NCBI GenBank assembly: GCA_963770835.1
Contig: CAVYRH010000011.1
Coordinates: 247,753 to 311,752 of the forward strand
From: an uncultured Pseudomonadota bacterium
GTDB taxonomy: Bacteria; Oederibacteriota; Muellerivitia; Muellerivitales; Muellerivitaceae
Length of the DNA stretch: 64,000 bases
Direction: 5' to 3'
Shown: positions 50,199 to 59,787 of the stretch, piece after piece
Numbering within the stretch: position 1 is the stretch's first letter
How the letters are laid out: each line of letters begins with the position of its first letter
The notes under the pieces: generated by a model
Database searches by the model: none
What the model was told of the DNA's origin: nothing
Seen by the model: the letters and a program-made list of their open reading frames with translations, nothing else
Translations under genes and position numbers: made by a program

Positions 50199-52610
50199 AT
50201 GCTCATCTCCTATAACTGGCTCAAACAATATATCCACCTCACCGAACCCGTTGATAAAGTCCTTGATCGCCTGACCCACGCCGGGGTTGCGGTCGAGAAC
50301 GTCAAACATTTGGGCCGGGACATCACCCAAGTGGTGGTTGCCGAGCTCCTCTCCGTCGAAAAACACCCCCAGGCTGACCGGCTTTCGTTGACCAAGGCTT
50401 CTACCGGCAAGGAGACCTTTCAGGTGGTCTGTGGGGCCAAGAATATCGCCCCCGGACAAAAGGTGCCCCTGGCCAAGGTCGGGGCCGTGCTTCCCGGTAA
50501 CTTTGAAATCAAAGCCGCCAAAATCCGTGGCATCGAATCCTTTGGGATGCTTTGCTCGGCCAAGGAATTGGGCCTAGCGGAAGATGCCGAAGGTATCTTC
50601 ATTCTTCCATCCGAAGCCTCCTTGGGTGAGGATTTCCTGAAATTGATGGGCCTCCCCGATACCCTTTTTGAGTTGGAAATCACACCCAACCGGGCTGACC
50701 TCTTAAGCCACTGGGGCGTGGCGCGGGAACTGGGTGCTCTTTACCACAAACCCGTGCAATATCCAAAGTCCAAGAAGCTCAAGGAAAGCTCCTCACCCCT
50801 TTCCAAGCTTATTAGGGTCCACATTGAGGCAAAAAATCTCTGCCACCTTTATACCTGCCGGGCTATCGAAGGGGTCAAGGTTGGCCCCTCCCCCAAGTGG
50901 TTGGTTCAAACCCTGGAACGATTAGGCCAGCGCTCCATCAATAACATTGTGGATGTAACCAACTACGTCCTTTTGGAAACCGGCCAGCCCCTTCATGCCT
51001 TTGACCTGGGCCAAATCCACGGGCACCAAATCATCGTCCGCCGTGCGGCGAAGGGCGAAAAGATCCCCCTTCTGGACAACACCGAACGGGAACTCAAGGA
51101 AGACATGCTGGTTATTGCTGACGCCGACCGCCCCGTGGCATTGGCCGGCATTATGGGGGGAAGCAATTCCCAAGTAACGGACCAGACCCAAAACATCCTC
51201 TTGGAATCGGCCCTATTCCTTCCAGGGAGCGTGCGTAAAACCGCGCGCCAATTGTCCATCTCCACGGACTCCTCTTACCGTTTTGAGCGGGGTGTGGACC
51301 CGGAGGGGGTCAAAACCGCCCTGGAGAGGGCTACCGCCCTACTCTTGGAAGTAGCCGGAGGCCGGTTGGCCAAAGGCATTGGTTCGGTTTCTACCAAAAC
51401 TTTGATCAGCTCGAAAGTTACCTACCGCCCCCAAAGAGCCAACGCGCTTTTGGGACTCAACCTCCCGGCTAAAACCCAGCTTCAGGTTTTAAAAAGCCTG
51501 GAATGCCAGGTGAAAGGCACTGCCAAGTCTAAAACCTGGACTGTCCAATCCCCCACCTACCGCCTGGACATCACCCGCGAGATCGACTTGATCGAGGAAA
51601 TGGCACGGCTTACCGGCTACGACAAGGTTCCGGTGATGCCTCCCAGCATTCCCTCCAACCTCTTCCCAGATGATACTGCCGTTCCCTTTGAAAGGGAAAT
51701 CCGTTCAGTTCTGCACCAAGGGGGTTTTTACGAAGCGGTGAACTCTTCTTTCCTCCCCCCCAATTACCACCAAAAGTTACGGTTGGTTGACGGACATCCT
51801 TCGAAAAATTTCCAGGAAGTATCCAACCCCATCGCGGACGACCAGAAAATCTTACGGCCTACTTTATTGCCGTCGCTTCTTTCAAATATTCAATTAAACC
51901 TCTCCCACCAAGAGGAGGGCGCCGCTCTTTATGAACTGGACAAGGTTTTTACCCCCGCCCCCGGCGGCCACATGAAGGAAAGAATCCAAGCTGTCGCCAT
52001 CGTGGCCGGCGTGGCAACCTCCGCCCAGTGGTATTCCCCCGAAAGAAAGGCGGACTTCTACGACATCAAGGGCTTGGGTCAAAGTGTCCTGGACGCTTGC
52101 GGGCTCAAGGACCTTCAATGGCACTTTGACGGCTCCACCACCCCTTATGACACCGGTCAAGGCTTCCAGGTGAAAACCCCCAACGGGGAGCTAATAATGA
52201 CCGGCGGGGCCATTCACCCCAAGGTCCTGAAGGAATATGACATTGCCGTTCCCTGCCTGGCCCTGGAAATCGAAGTCGAAGCCCTGCGGCATGCGGCCCG
52301 CCGGTCCTTAAGTTATAGTCCCCTTCCCAAGTTCCCTGCGGCCTGGCGGGACATTGCCCTGGTGGTTCCCGATGGTGTAACATCAGAGCAAGTCCTGGCG
52401 GCTATTGAGGGGTCCGGGAAGCCCGAGTTGAAGAAAGTCCACTTATTCGACCTTTACCGGGGGCCCCATCTTCCCTCCGGCTTTAGGAGTCTTGCCTACC
52501 GGATGCAGTTCCTCAATGAGGAACGCACCCTGACCGACCAGGAAGTCGCCCAAAAGGTTTTCCGTATCGTGGAAGAACTGAAATCGAGGTACTCTATTGC
52601 ACTCCGATGA
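50199..52610 (+). CDS. pheT: Phenylalanyl-tRNA synthetase beta subunit
   Basis: MLISYNWL, KHPQADRL, VCGAKN, EITPNRAD, SYRFERGVD, FDX-ACB domain (RDIALVV, FDLYRG). Confidence 0.97.
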   Translation: MLISYNWLKQYIHLTEPVDKVLDRLTHAGVAVENVKHLGRDITQVVVAELLSVEKHPQADRLSLTKASTGKETFQVVCGAKNIAPGQKVPLAKVGAVLPGNFEIKAAKIRGIESFGMLCSAKELGLAEDAEGIFILPSEASLGEDFLKLMGLPDTLFELEITPNRADLLSHWGVARELGALYHKPVQYPKSKKLKESSSPLSKLIRVHIEAKNLCHLYTCRAIEGVKVGPSPKWLVQTLERLGQRSINNIVDVTNYVLLETGQPLHAFDLGQIHGHQIIVRRAAKGEKIPLLDNTERELKEDMLVIADADRPVALAGIMGGSNSQVTDQTQNILLESALFLPGSVRKTARQLSISTDSSYRFERGVDPEGVKTALERATALLLEVAGGRLAKGIGSVSTKTLISSKVTYRPQRANALLGLNLPAKTQLQVLKSLECQVKGTAKSKTWTVQSPTYRLDITREIDLIEEMARLTGYDKVPVMPPSIPSNLFPDDTAVPFEREIRSVLHQGGFYEAVNSSFLPPNYHQKLRLVDGHPSKNFQEVSNPIADDQKILRPTLLPSLLSNIQLNLSHQEEGAALYELDKVFTPAPGGHMKERIQAVAIVAGVATSAQWYSPERKADFYDIKGLGQSVLDACGLKDLQWHFDGSTTPYDTGQGFQVKTPNGELIMTGGAIHPKVLKEYDIAVPCLALEIEVEALRHAARRSLSYSPLPKFPAAWRDIALVVPDGVTSEQVLAAIEGSGKPELKKVHLFDLYRGPHLPSGFRSLAYRMQFLNEERTLTDQEVAQKVFRIVEELKSRYSIALR

Positions 52611-52911
52611 TTTGTTCGGCCAGGCATCCGGCCCCAAGGTCCAATGGGAGGAACTGGAAAGACGCATCAACCGCCTCCTCGAGGGCATCGTCCAGCTCCG
52701 CAACGCCAACGGCCAACTCATGAAAGAAAACGTCCATTTAAAAAACCAACTCAAGGACCTTTCCGCCAATTCCAATGGGTCCAACGCAGGTTCCGAGGAC
52801 ACAACGGTCCTAAAAAGGCAGTACGAAACCGCCCTCCAGGACTTGAAACAGGTCAAGCAAAACCTCCAGCGCCTCGAAACCCTGGCGCAGGAACTTAAGC
52901 TGGAAGATTAA
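52597..52911 (+). CDS. ZapB-like coiled-coil protein
   Basis: Heptad pattern ELERRINRLLEGIVQLRNANGQLMKENVHLK; between pheT and zapA. Confidence 0.55.
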   Translation: MHSDDLFGQASGPKVQWEELERRINRLLEGIVQLRNANGQLMKENVHLKNQLKDLSANSNGSNAGSEDTTVLKRQYETALQDLKQVKQNLQRLETLAQELKLED

Positions 52912-52918
52912 GGGGATT

Positions 52919-53686
52919 ATGAGCGACAAAAAAGCGGTAACGGTCACCATCTACGGCAACGAATATACCCTTAAGGGCGAGGCCGACCCCCAGTACATCG
53001 CCGAACTAGCGAAGTACGTGGACGGCAAGATGAGTGAAATCGGGAAGAAGTCCTCCGCTCCCGCCGCCAAGGTGGCCATCCTGGCCTCCATGAATATCGC
53101 CGACGAATACCATCGATTGGAAAAAGCCAAGAATGAAAACCTTAACCTCATTGAGACATTGGAAAAAAATCTTTTGGAAATGAAAAAATCCTCCGATGGG
53201 TCTTTGAGGCACACCATGGAAATCAAGGAACAGTTAGACAAGGCCAAGGCGGAAGCCGCTGAACACAAAAAAAAGATCGAGGAAGCCACCGCTGAAATTC
53301 TCAAATTGAAAAAGGAATCCGAAGAGGGGTCCAAGACTTTGGAGCAACACAAAGTCCAATTGGAAAACACCCAAAAAACCTCGCATAGCCACAAAAGCGA
53401 ACTGGAAAAACTAACTCAGGAACTGGAAAAGGTGAAGGCGGAGTTAAAATCCGAAAAAACCAAGTCTAACGAAGTTTTGATCGAGGATGAAGACTACAAA
53501 TCCCAAGTCGCACATTTGAACGCCGAACTTGCTAAGGTCAAAGAAACTCTGGAAAAATCTAAACAAGATTTGGAAAAAGCCCATCAAGCAAAACCCGCCC
53601 CGGCTCCGGCGTCCACCATCTCTTTCTTGCCTTCCGACGAGAAGCTTTCTTCCCTCTTCAAGAAAATCGACGCTATCCTCGAATAA
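52919..53686 (+). CDS. zapA: ZapA-family cell division protein with long coiled-coil extension
   Basis: VTVTIYGNEYTL, LAKYVDGKM, VAILASMNIADEY; then about 180 aa of K/E-rich heptads. Confidence 0.8.
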   Translation: MSDKKAVTVTIYGNEYTLKGEADPQYIAELAKYVDGKMSEIGKKSSAPAAKVAILASMNIADEYHRLEKAKNENLNLIETLEKNLLEMKKSSDGSLRHTMEIKEQLDKAKAEAAEHKKKIEEATAEILKLKKESEEGSKTLEQHKVQLENTQKTSHSHKSELEKLTQELEKVKAELKSEKTKSNEVLIEDEDYKSQVAHLNAELAKVKETLEKSKQDLEKAHQAKPAPAPASTISFLPSDEKLSSLFKKIDAILE

Positions 53687-53714
53687 CAGCTAATTCAACT
53701 CTTCCGGCCGGGAG

Positions 53715-56231
53715 CTATTGAATCTTCACCGGTTTCACCATCCAAATGTCATCACAATACTCTTTAATAGTGCGGTCACTGGAGAACTTTCCCATCCGGG
53801 CCACGTTCAAGATGGCCTTCTTGGTCCATTCTTCCTGCTTTTGGTAAAGTTGGGCGACTTGGTCCTGACACTCCACATAAGCGTCGAAATCGGCCAAGAG
53901 CAGGTATTCGTCATGGTTCATGAGAGAGTCATAGATGGGCTTGAAAAGTCCGGGGTTTTCAGGCGAAAAAAAGCCGCTATTGATCAAGTCAAGGACGCCT
54001 TTCAGCTCGGGGGAACGCGCATAATATTCCCGGGGCTGGTAACCCTCCCTTTTAGCTTGAGCCACCTCGTCGGCTGTTAACCCAAAGATAAAGATGTTGT
54101 CCTTCCCCACCTCTTCTAGGATTTCCACATTGGCCCCATCCAGGGTTCCAATGGTTAGGGCGCCGTTCAGGGCAAATTTCATGTTTCCGGTACCTGAGGC
54201 CTCCTTGCCGGCGGTGGAAATCTGCTCGGACAAATCGGCGGCGGGAATGATCTTTTCCGCTAGGGAAACACGGTAATTGGGCAGGAAAATACCCATCAAC
54301 TTGCCTTTGATCTGGGGGTCCTGGTTGATGACCTCGGCAATGGAGTTGATGAACTTGATGATGAGCTTGGCCATGTAGTAACCGGGCGCGGCCTTACCGC
54401 CAAAAAACACTGTGCGGGGGACGAAGGGCGCCTTGGGGTTTTCCTTGATTCGCCGGTAGAGGGTGATCATGTGCAAAGCGTTTAGGAGTTGGCGTTTGTA
54501 CTCATGGATGCGTTTGACCTGGACGTCGAAAAGCGACTCGGGGTCCACGGCCAACCGTTGTTCCAAAGCGATGATGGAGGACAGCCGTTCCTTATTTTGT
54601 TTCTTGATCAGGCGCCATTCCGCCCGGAATGCTTTGTCATCCGCGAACTTCTCCAGCTTCTTGAGCTGGGTGAGGTCGGTGACCCACTTATCCCCGATGC
54701 GGGAAGTGATGAGCGAGGCAAGGCCCGGATTACACTTTCTCAGCCACCGGCGCGGGGTAATACCGTTGGTCTTGTTATTGAACCGTTCCGGAAAGAATTC
54801 GAAGAAATCGGGCACCACAGTGCTTTTCAAGAGGTCCGTATGCAGGGCTGAAACACCGTTTACCGAATGGCTCCCGACGATGGCCAGGTAAGCCATCCGG
54901 ATTTGAGGATCGTGTCCTTCTTCAAAGATGGACATGCGCCGCAGGCGGTCCGTATCGCCGGGGTATTTGTTGGCCACTTCCCTCAAGAATCGGGCGTTTA
55001 TTTCCTGGACGATCTGCAGATGGCGCGGGAAGAGGCGGCCAAAGAGGGCCAAGGGCCATTTTTCCAGGGCCTCCGGCAAGAGAGTGTGGTTGGTATAGGC
55101 GAAGAGGGCCTTGGTCATTGCCCAAGCTTCCTCCCAATCCATCCCCTCCAAATCCATCATCACCCGCATGAATTCAGCGATGGCGATGGTGGGATGGGTG
55201 TCGTTGAGTTGGATGGCAATGGCGTCGGGCAGTTCCCGCAATTCCGCGTGCTCGCGCTTGAACCGCCTCAGGATGTCCTGGATGGAGGCTGAGACGAAAA
55301 AGAACTGCTGTTTCAAGCGCAGTTCCCGACCTTCCGGACTATTATCGTTAGGATAAAGCACCTTGGAAATGGACTCGGTCTCGGTTTTCTTGGAAGTGGC
55401 CGCGAAATAATCGCCTTTGTTGAAGAAATCCAGCTCGAATTCCTCGGTGGCCTTCGCCGACCAAAGCCGTAGATTGTTGACTGTCTTGTTTCCAAAACCC
55501 GGGACGGGGGTGTCGTAAGCCGTGGCCAGGACGTCCTCCGTGTCGACCCAGTCGAAAACCAGCTTCCCGGACCGGTTGGTCCTTTGCGCCACGTGCCCGC
55601 CGAACTTGATGCGATAGGTATATTCGGGCCGCGCCTTTTCCCAGGGGTTTTCCATCAACAGCCACTCATCCGGCTCCTCCACCTGGTGGCCCCGCACGAT
55701 TTTCTGCCGGAAGATGCCGTATTCATAGCGGATGCCATAGCCATAAGCCGGGACCTCGAGGGTGGCGAGGGAATCCATGAAACAGGCGGCCAAACGCCCC
55801 AATCCCCCGTTTCCTAAACCCGCGTCAATCTCCACTTCCCGCAGTTCTTCCAGGGTTAAACCGAGACCGTGAAGGGCCTTGGAGACGTTTTCTTCCACTT
55901 GCAAGTTGATGACCGAATTACCCAAGGTGCGGCCGATCAGGAATTCCAGGGAAAAATAGTAAACCCTTTTGACCTTTTTCTCCCGGTAGGTCTTTTGGGT
56001 GGCCGTCCAATTTTCCACCAAACGGTCGCGGATGGCATAGGCCAGGCTCAGGTAGCGGTCGTAATCAGTGGCGGTAGCGGGTTCCTTGATAAGGCGGTAC
56101 TTCAGGTTTTCCTGGAAGGATTGCTCGAAGTCCTCGGCCCGGACGCCTTTATAAAGTTCTAGTTCGGCGATAGACCTATCCACCGCGTGGCGGTGGTTTT
56201 TGGGGGTTTTAACCGCGTTGCTCTTTTTCAT
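53715..56231 (-). CDS. glgP: Glycogen/starch phosphorylase
   Basis: LGNGGLGRLAACF, QLNDTHP, KRIHEYKRQ, EASGTGNMKF. Confidence 0.96.
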   Translation of the reverse strand: MKKSNAVKTPKNHRHAVDRSIAELELYKGVRAEDFEQSFQENLKYRLIKEPATATDYDRYLSLAYAIRDRLVENWTATQKTYREKKVKRVYYFSLEFLIGRTLGNSVINLQVEENVSKALHGLGLTLEELREVEIDAGLGNGGLGRLAACFMDSLATLEVPAYGYGIRYEYGIFRQKIVRGHQVEEPDEWLLMENPWEKARPEYTYRIKFGGHVAQRTNRSGKLVFDWVDTEDVLATAYDTPVPGFGNKTVNNLRLWSAKATEEFELDFFNKGDYFAATSKKTETESISKVLYPNDNSPEGRELRLKQQFFFVSASIQDILRRFKREHAELRELPDAIAIQLNDTHPTIAIAEFMRVMMDLEGMDWEEAWAMTKALFAYTNHTLLPEALEKWPLALFGRLFPRHLQIVQEINARFLREVANKYPGDTDRLRRMSIFEEGHDPQIRMAYLAIVGSHSVNGVSALHTDLLKSTVVPDFFEFFPERFNNKTNGITPRRWLRKCNPGLASLITSRIGDKWVTDLTQLKKLEKFADDKAFRAEWRLIKKQNKERLSSIIALEQRLAVDPESLFDVQVKRIHEYKRQLLNALHMITLYRRIKENPKAPFVPRTVFFGGKAAPGYYMAKLIIKFINSIAEVINQDPQIKGKLMGIFLPNYRVSLAEKIIPAADLSEQISTAGKEASGTGNMKFALNGALTIGTLDGANVEILEEVGKDNIFIFGLTADEVAQAKREGYQPREYYARSPELKGVLDLINSGFFSPENPGLFKPIYDSLMNHDEYLLLADFDAYVECQDQVAQLYQKQEEWTKKAILNVARMGKFSSDRTIKEYCDDIWMVKPVKIQ

Positions 56232-56490
56232 TTTCGTCCTTTACTTCGTAATCGGCGTCAATGACCGAACCGGACTTCAAGGAAGTGCGTGCCGGCGGAT
56301 TCAAGATTTCGGGATCCATGGGCCTATTACCCGCGGGCAAAAAGGCCCTGAAAACCGAGAGGCCCACCGCCGCCGCGGCCAGCCCCAGTGCCAGCATCAA
56401 GGCGAAGGGAATAAGGGCGAGGGCCGCTAACACCAAGACCGGCACCATCCATCGGGGCAATTGGTACGAGCGGACTTCAAACTTCAACAT
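56209..56490 (-). CDS. Small membrane protein
   Basis: Long hydrophobic stretch, acidic tail VIDADYEVKD; GAGG RBS; overlaps the glgP start. Confidence 0.6.
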   Translation of the reverse strand: MLKFEVRSYQLPRWMVPVLVLAALALIPFALMLALGLAAAAVGLSVFRAFLPAGNRPMDPEILNPPARTSLKSGSVIDADYEVKDENEKEQRG

Positions 56491-56635
56491 TTCGGCCTCA
56501 CTTTTGGCGCGGAATATTTTCTTACAGGGCCCCTAAATTCTCAACCAATAAGAAGCGAGCCGAAAATTCACGGTAACTTAATTGTTTCGGTCAACAAATA
56601 TGTGGTTATTCATCTAACATTCCAAGGAACTTGCC

Positions 56636-56666
56636 TTGACAAGTCCTAGCCGGGCTTTAATATAAT
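56636..56666 (+). promoter_or_regulatory. Sigma70 promoter of 6S RNA
   Basis: TTGACA then TAATAT (16-nt spacer) or TATAAT (19-nt spacer). Confidence 0.65.
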
Positions 56667-56671
56667 CCACT

Positions 56672-56854
56672 GAACCTACTGCAGTGTTCGAGCTTGGGGT
56701 GGGAAATTCTGAGCCACAAAAAAAATAAACGGGTGCTCATCACCAATCGGGGATAGTCTTCTTCGGAAGCAGATGAACCGCTTGCGCGGGCGCCCACCTA
56801 ATTTCGGTTAGGCCTCAGAAAAGTACTATCTTAAACGGCACAGGCAGTGGGTTC
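56672..56854 (+). ncRNA. ssrS: 6S RNA
   Basis: 183 nt with paired ends (GAACCTACTGC..GTGT / GCAC..GCAGTGGGTTC), inner CTGAG-CC/GGCCTCAG pairing, A-rich bubble, T-tract after; upstream of rarA-ygfA. Confidence 0.85.
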
Positions 56855-56938
56855 TTTTTTATCCCGGGAAAGAACCAATGAATTTCCTTTTGCTTTCCAC
56901 TGGTTGCCTTTTTCACCCTCTCACCCCATCATATTCCC

Positions 56939-58279
56939 ATGGACTTGTTTGAATCCGCAGCCGAAGAATCCCCCAGCCGTCCCCTGGCCATCCGAATGTC
57001 CCCCCGCAGCTTGGAAGAATATGTGGGCCAGGAACACTTGGTGGGCCCAGGCAAGCTGTTACGACGCCTCTTGGAAGCCAACCGCATCGTTTCCCTCATT
57101 CTTTACGGCCCCCCCGGCACGGGAAAAACCGCCTTTGCCCGCCTGGTGGCCCGGCGCACCAAAAGCCGCTTTGTGGCTCTAAACGCAGTTACTTCCGGTT
57201 TGGCGGATTTGCGCAAAGTCTTCGACGAGGCCATGGAAAACAAAAAGCTCTACCAACAATCCACCATTCTTTTTCTTGACGAAATCCATCATTTCAATAA
57301 AAGCCAGCAGGACGCCCTCCTTCCCCACCTGGAACAAGGCAACCTGATTTTGGTGGGCGCAACCACCCAAAACCCCTTTTTTGCCATCAACACGGCCCTA
57401 TTGTCCCGTTCCAGGGTTTGTGAACTGCGGCTTTTGGACGAAAAGGGCCTTTCCATCATCCTGGACCGGGCTCTTAAGGATAGGGAACGCGGCCTTGGGA
57501 AATACCAAGTGGATCTTACACCCGAGGCCCGCGCCCATTTGCTCAAGGCAGCCTCGGGGGATGCCCGGACGCTCTTGAATGCCCTGGAAGTGGGGATTTT
57601 AACCACACCACCCGATGAAAAAGGCCAGATCCACTTTGACTTGGAGGTTGCCCAGGAATCCATCCAAAAAAAGATGGTCCAATACGACGCTTCCGGCGAT
57701 CAGCATTACGACACCATCTCCGCCTTCATCAAAAGCATCCGGGGTTCGGACCCGGACGCGGCTCTCTATTGGCTGGCTAAGATGCTTTACGCGGGAGAGG
57801 ACCCCCGGTTTATCGCCCGACGCCTTGTCATTTCGGCTTCCGAGGACGTTGGCAATGCTGATCCCCAGGCCTTGCCCCTGGCGGTAGCGGCCCAACAGGC
57901 CCTGGAATTTATCGGCCTGCCGGAGGGACGTATCCCCTTGGCCCAGGCTACCGTCTACCTGGCCTGCGCGCCTAAAAGCAACGCTTCCTACATGGGGTTG
58001 GAATCCGCTACCGGGGATGTCCAAAAAGAGTCCATCAAGGAGGTGCCTCTCCACCTCAAGGACGCCCATTACCCGGGTTCCAAGGTTTTAGGCCATGGCG
58101 AGGGATACCAATACGCCCATGATTTTCCCGACCACTATGTGAAACAGGAGTACGCCCCAAACTTAGGGCGGTATTACTCCCCCACTAACCTGGGGTATGA
58201 GGCCAAGATCAAGGCCTGGCTGGAGCACCTGCGAGAACTGGAAAAATCCCCGAACTCGGCGGAGAAAAATAGAAAATGA
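56939..58279 (+). CDS. rarA: Replication-associated recombination protein RarA/MgsA
   Basis: PLAIRMSP, GPPGTGKT, DEIHHFNKSQQD, ISAFIKSIRGSD, PKSNA. Confidence 0.95.
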   Translation: MDLFESAAEESPSRPLAIRMSPRSLEEYVGQEHLVGPGKLLRRLLEANRIVSLILYGPPGTGKTAFARLVARRTKSRFVALNAVTSGLADLRKVFDEAMENKKLYQQSTILFLDEIHHFNKSQQDALLPHLEQGNLILVGATTQNPFFAINTALLSRSRVCELRLLDEKGLSIILDRALKDRERGLGKYQVDLTPEARAHLLKAASGDARTLLNALEVGILTTPPDEKGQIHFDLEVAQESIQKKMVQYDASGDQHYDTISAFIKSIRGSDPDAALYWLAKMLYAGEDPRFIARRLVISASEDVGNADPQALPLAVAAQQALEFIGLPEGRIPLAQATVYLACAPKSNASYMGLESATGDVQKESIKEVPLHLKDAHYPGSKVLGHGEGYQYAHDFPDHYVKQEYAPNLGRYYSPTNLGYEAKIKAWLEHLRELEKSPNSAEKNRK

Positions 58280-58872
58280 CCACTTCGATCCCTAACCCTC
58301 ATCCCGAAAGCAAAGCCGACCTACGGGAAAAATTAAGAAAAATACGGGACCAAGTAGACCCCGGCTTGGCCGAAACGGCTTCCCAGGGGGTTTGGGCCAT
58401 CCTCAGCCGGCTTCCAGAATTCCACAAGGCCAAGGGCATCGGAGCCTTCGCTTCGACTCCCGGCGAAATCAACACCTACCCCATCCTGGAAGGCATTTTG
58501 GGACTGGGGAAAAAGCTTTATCTTCCAAAAGTGGCGAAAGATAAAACCCATTTCGACTATTACCCTGTCCCCGACTTCAAAAACCTTTCAGCAGGCCCTT
58601 TTGGGATACTGGAACCTTCCGGCAATCACCCCGCCGGTTGGGAGGAAATTGATCTGGCCTTGGTTCCAGGTCTCGCTTTCGACCTTAAAGGGTACCGTTT
58701 GGGCTTCGGCAAGGGATTTTACGACAGGGTCCTTCCCCTTTTAAAAAAGACTGCCCTGACCGTCGGCCTGGGTTATTCCTTTCAAATCGTGGATCAAGTG
58801 CCCACCGAAGCCCACGATGTTCTTTTAAAGGCCCTCCTTACCGAAAAAGGATTTCACCTCTTCGCCAAGTAA
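58276..58872 (+). CDS. ygfA: 5-formyltetrahydrofolate cyclo-ligase (YgfA/Fau)
   Basis: FGILEP, VPGLAFD, RLGFGKGFYDR. Confidence 0.93.
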   Translation: MTTSIPNPHPESKADLREKLRKIRDQVDPGLAETASQGVWAILSRLPEFHKAKGIGAFASTPGEINTYPILEGILGLGKKLYLPKVAKDKTHFDYYPVPDFKNLSAGPFGILEPSGNHPAGWEEIDLALVPGLAFDLKGYRLGFGKGFYDRVLPLLKKTALTVGLGYSFQIVDQVPTEAHDVLLKALLTEKGFHLFAK

Positions 58873-58953
58873 GACCACCCCTTCGGGAATGGGTTGTGTT
58901 TCCACGGCTTTTTGTTTAATCTCTTGCACGACAACGCCATCCAAGGACATATC

Positions 58954-59736
58954 GTGAACATTTTGATCATCGGGGACATCATCGGGAAACCGGGCCGCCA
59001 TGCCGTGCACAATTGTCTCGGCCGGGTGAAAGCCGACTATTCCATTGATTTCACCGTCGCGAATGGCGAGAACTTGGCCGGAGGAACCGGTATCCAGCCC
59101 GATTCCTTCAAAGCCCTGATCGATACGGGGGTGGATGTGGTCACTTCGGGGAACCACATTTGGTCGAAGAAGGAAGTGAAGGAGATTTTGGGGCACGATC
59201 CCCGCCTTTTGCGCCCGCACAACTATCCGACCGAGAATCCCGGCAGTGGCCTGGGAATCTATGACTGCAAAGGAATCCCCGTTGCCGTGCTGAACCTGAT
59301 GGGCCGGGTTTTCATGTACCCCATCGACTGCCCCTTCAAAGCCGCCGACCGGGCCCTGAATGAAATCCAGGGGAAAGCCAAAGTGGTGGTGGTGGACATG
59401 CATTGCGAGGCCACCAGTGAAAAACGGGCTATGGGGTGGTACTTGAATGGCCGGGTCAGTTCGGTCACCGGAAGCCACACCCACATCATGACGGCGGATG
59501 AGGAAGTCCTGCCGGGCGGCACCGCCTACCTGACGGATATCGGCATGTCGGGTTCCCCCAACTCGGTCATCGGCATGAAACAGCCGCAGGTGCTTTCCCG
59601 CTTCCTGACGGGAGCCCCCGCCCGGTTTGAGGTCTCCGAGGAATTGCCCTACCTTTTCCAGGCTGCGGTGGTTTCCGTGGATAAGGAAACCGGCAAGGCC
59701 ACCAAAATCGAGCGTATCCGCCAGCTCGTCAATTAA
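58954..59736 (+). CDS. ymdB: YmdB-like metallophosphoesterase
   Basis: GDIIGKPGR, NGENLAGG, SGNHIW, DMHCEATSEK, GSHTH, TDIGMSG. Confidence 0.92.
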   Translation: MNILIIGDIIGKPGRHAVHNCLGRVKADYSIDFTVANGENLAGGTGIQPDSFKALIDTGVDVVTSGNHIWSKKEVKEILGHDPRLLRPHNYPTENPGSGLGIYDCKGIPVAVLNLMGRVFMYPIDCPFKAADRALNEIQGKAKVVVVDMHCEATSEKRAMGWYLNGRVSSVTGSHTHIMTADEEVLPGGTAYLTDIGMSGSPNSVIGMKQPQVLSRFLTGAPARFEVSEELPYLFQAAVVSVDKETGKATKIERIRQLVN

Positions 59737-59787
59737 ACACCCGCCTTTATTCACATTAAAATCCCAATTTTATTTTGAACTTTAAAA

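Noticed and set aside
56904..56941. Leaderless promoter for rarA
   Set aside because: TTGCCT is present but the -10 is weak; cannot be supported
58825..59754. 309-aa minus-strand ORF
   Set aside because: Antisense to ymdB; no motifs
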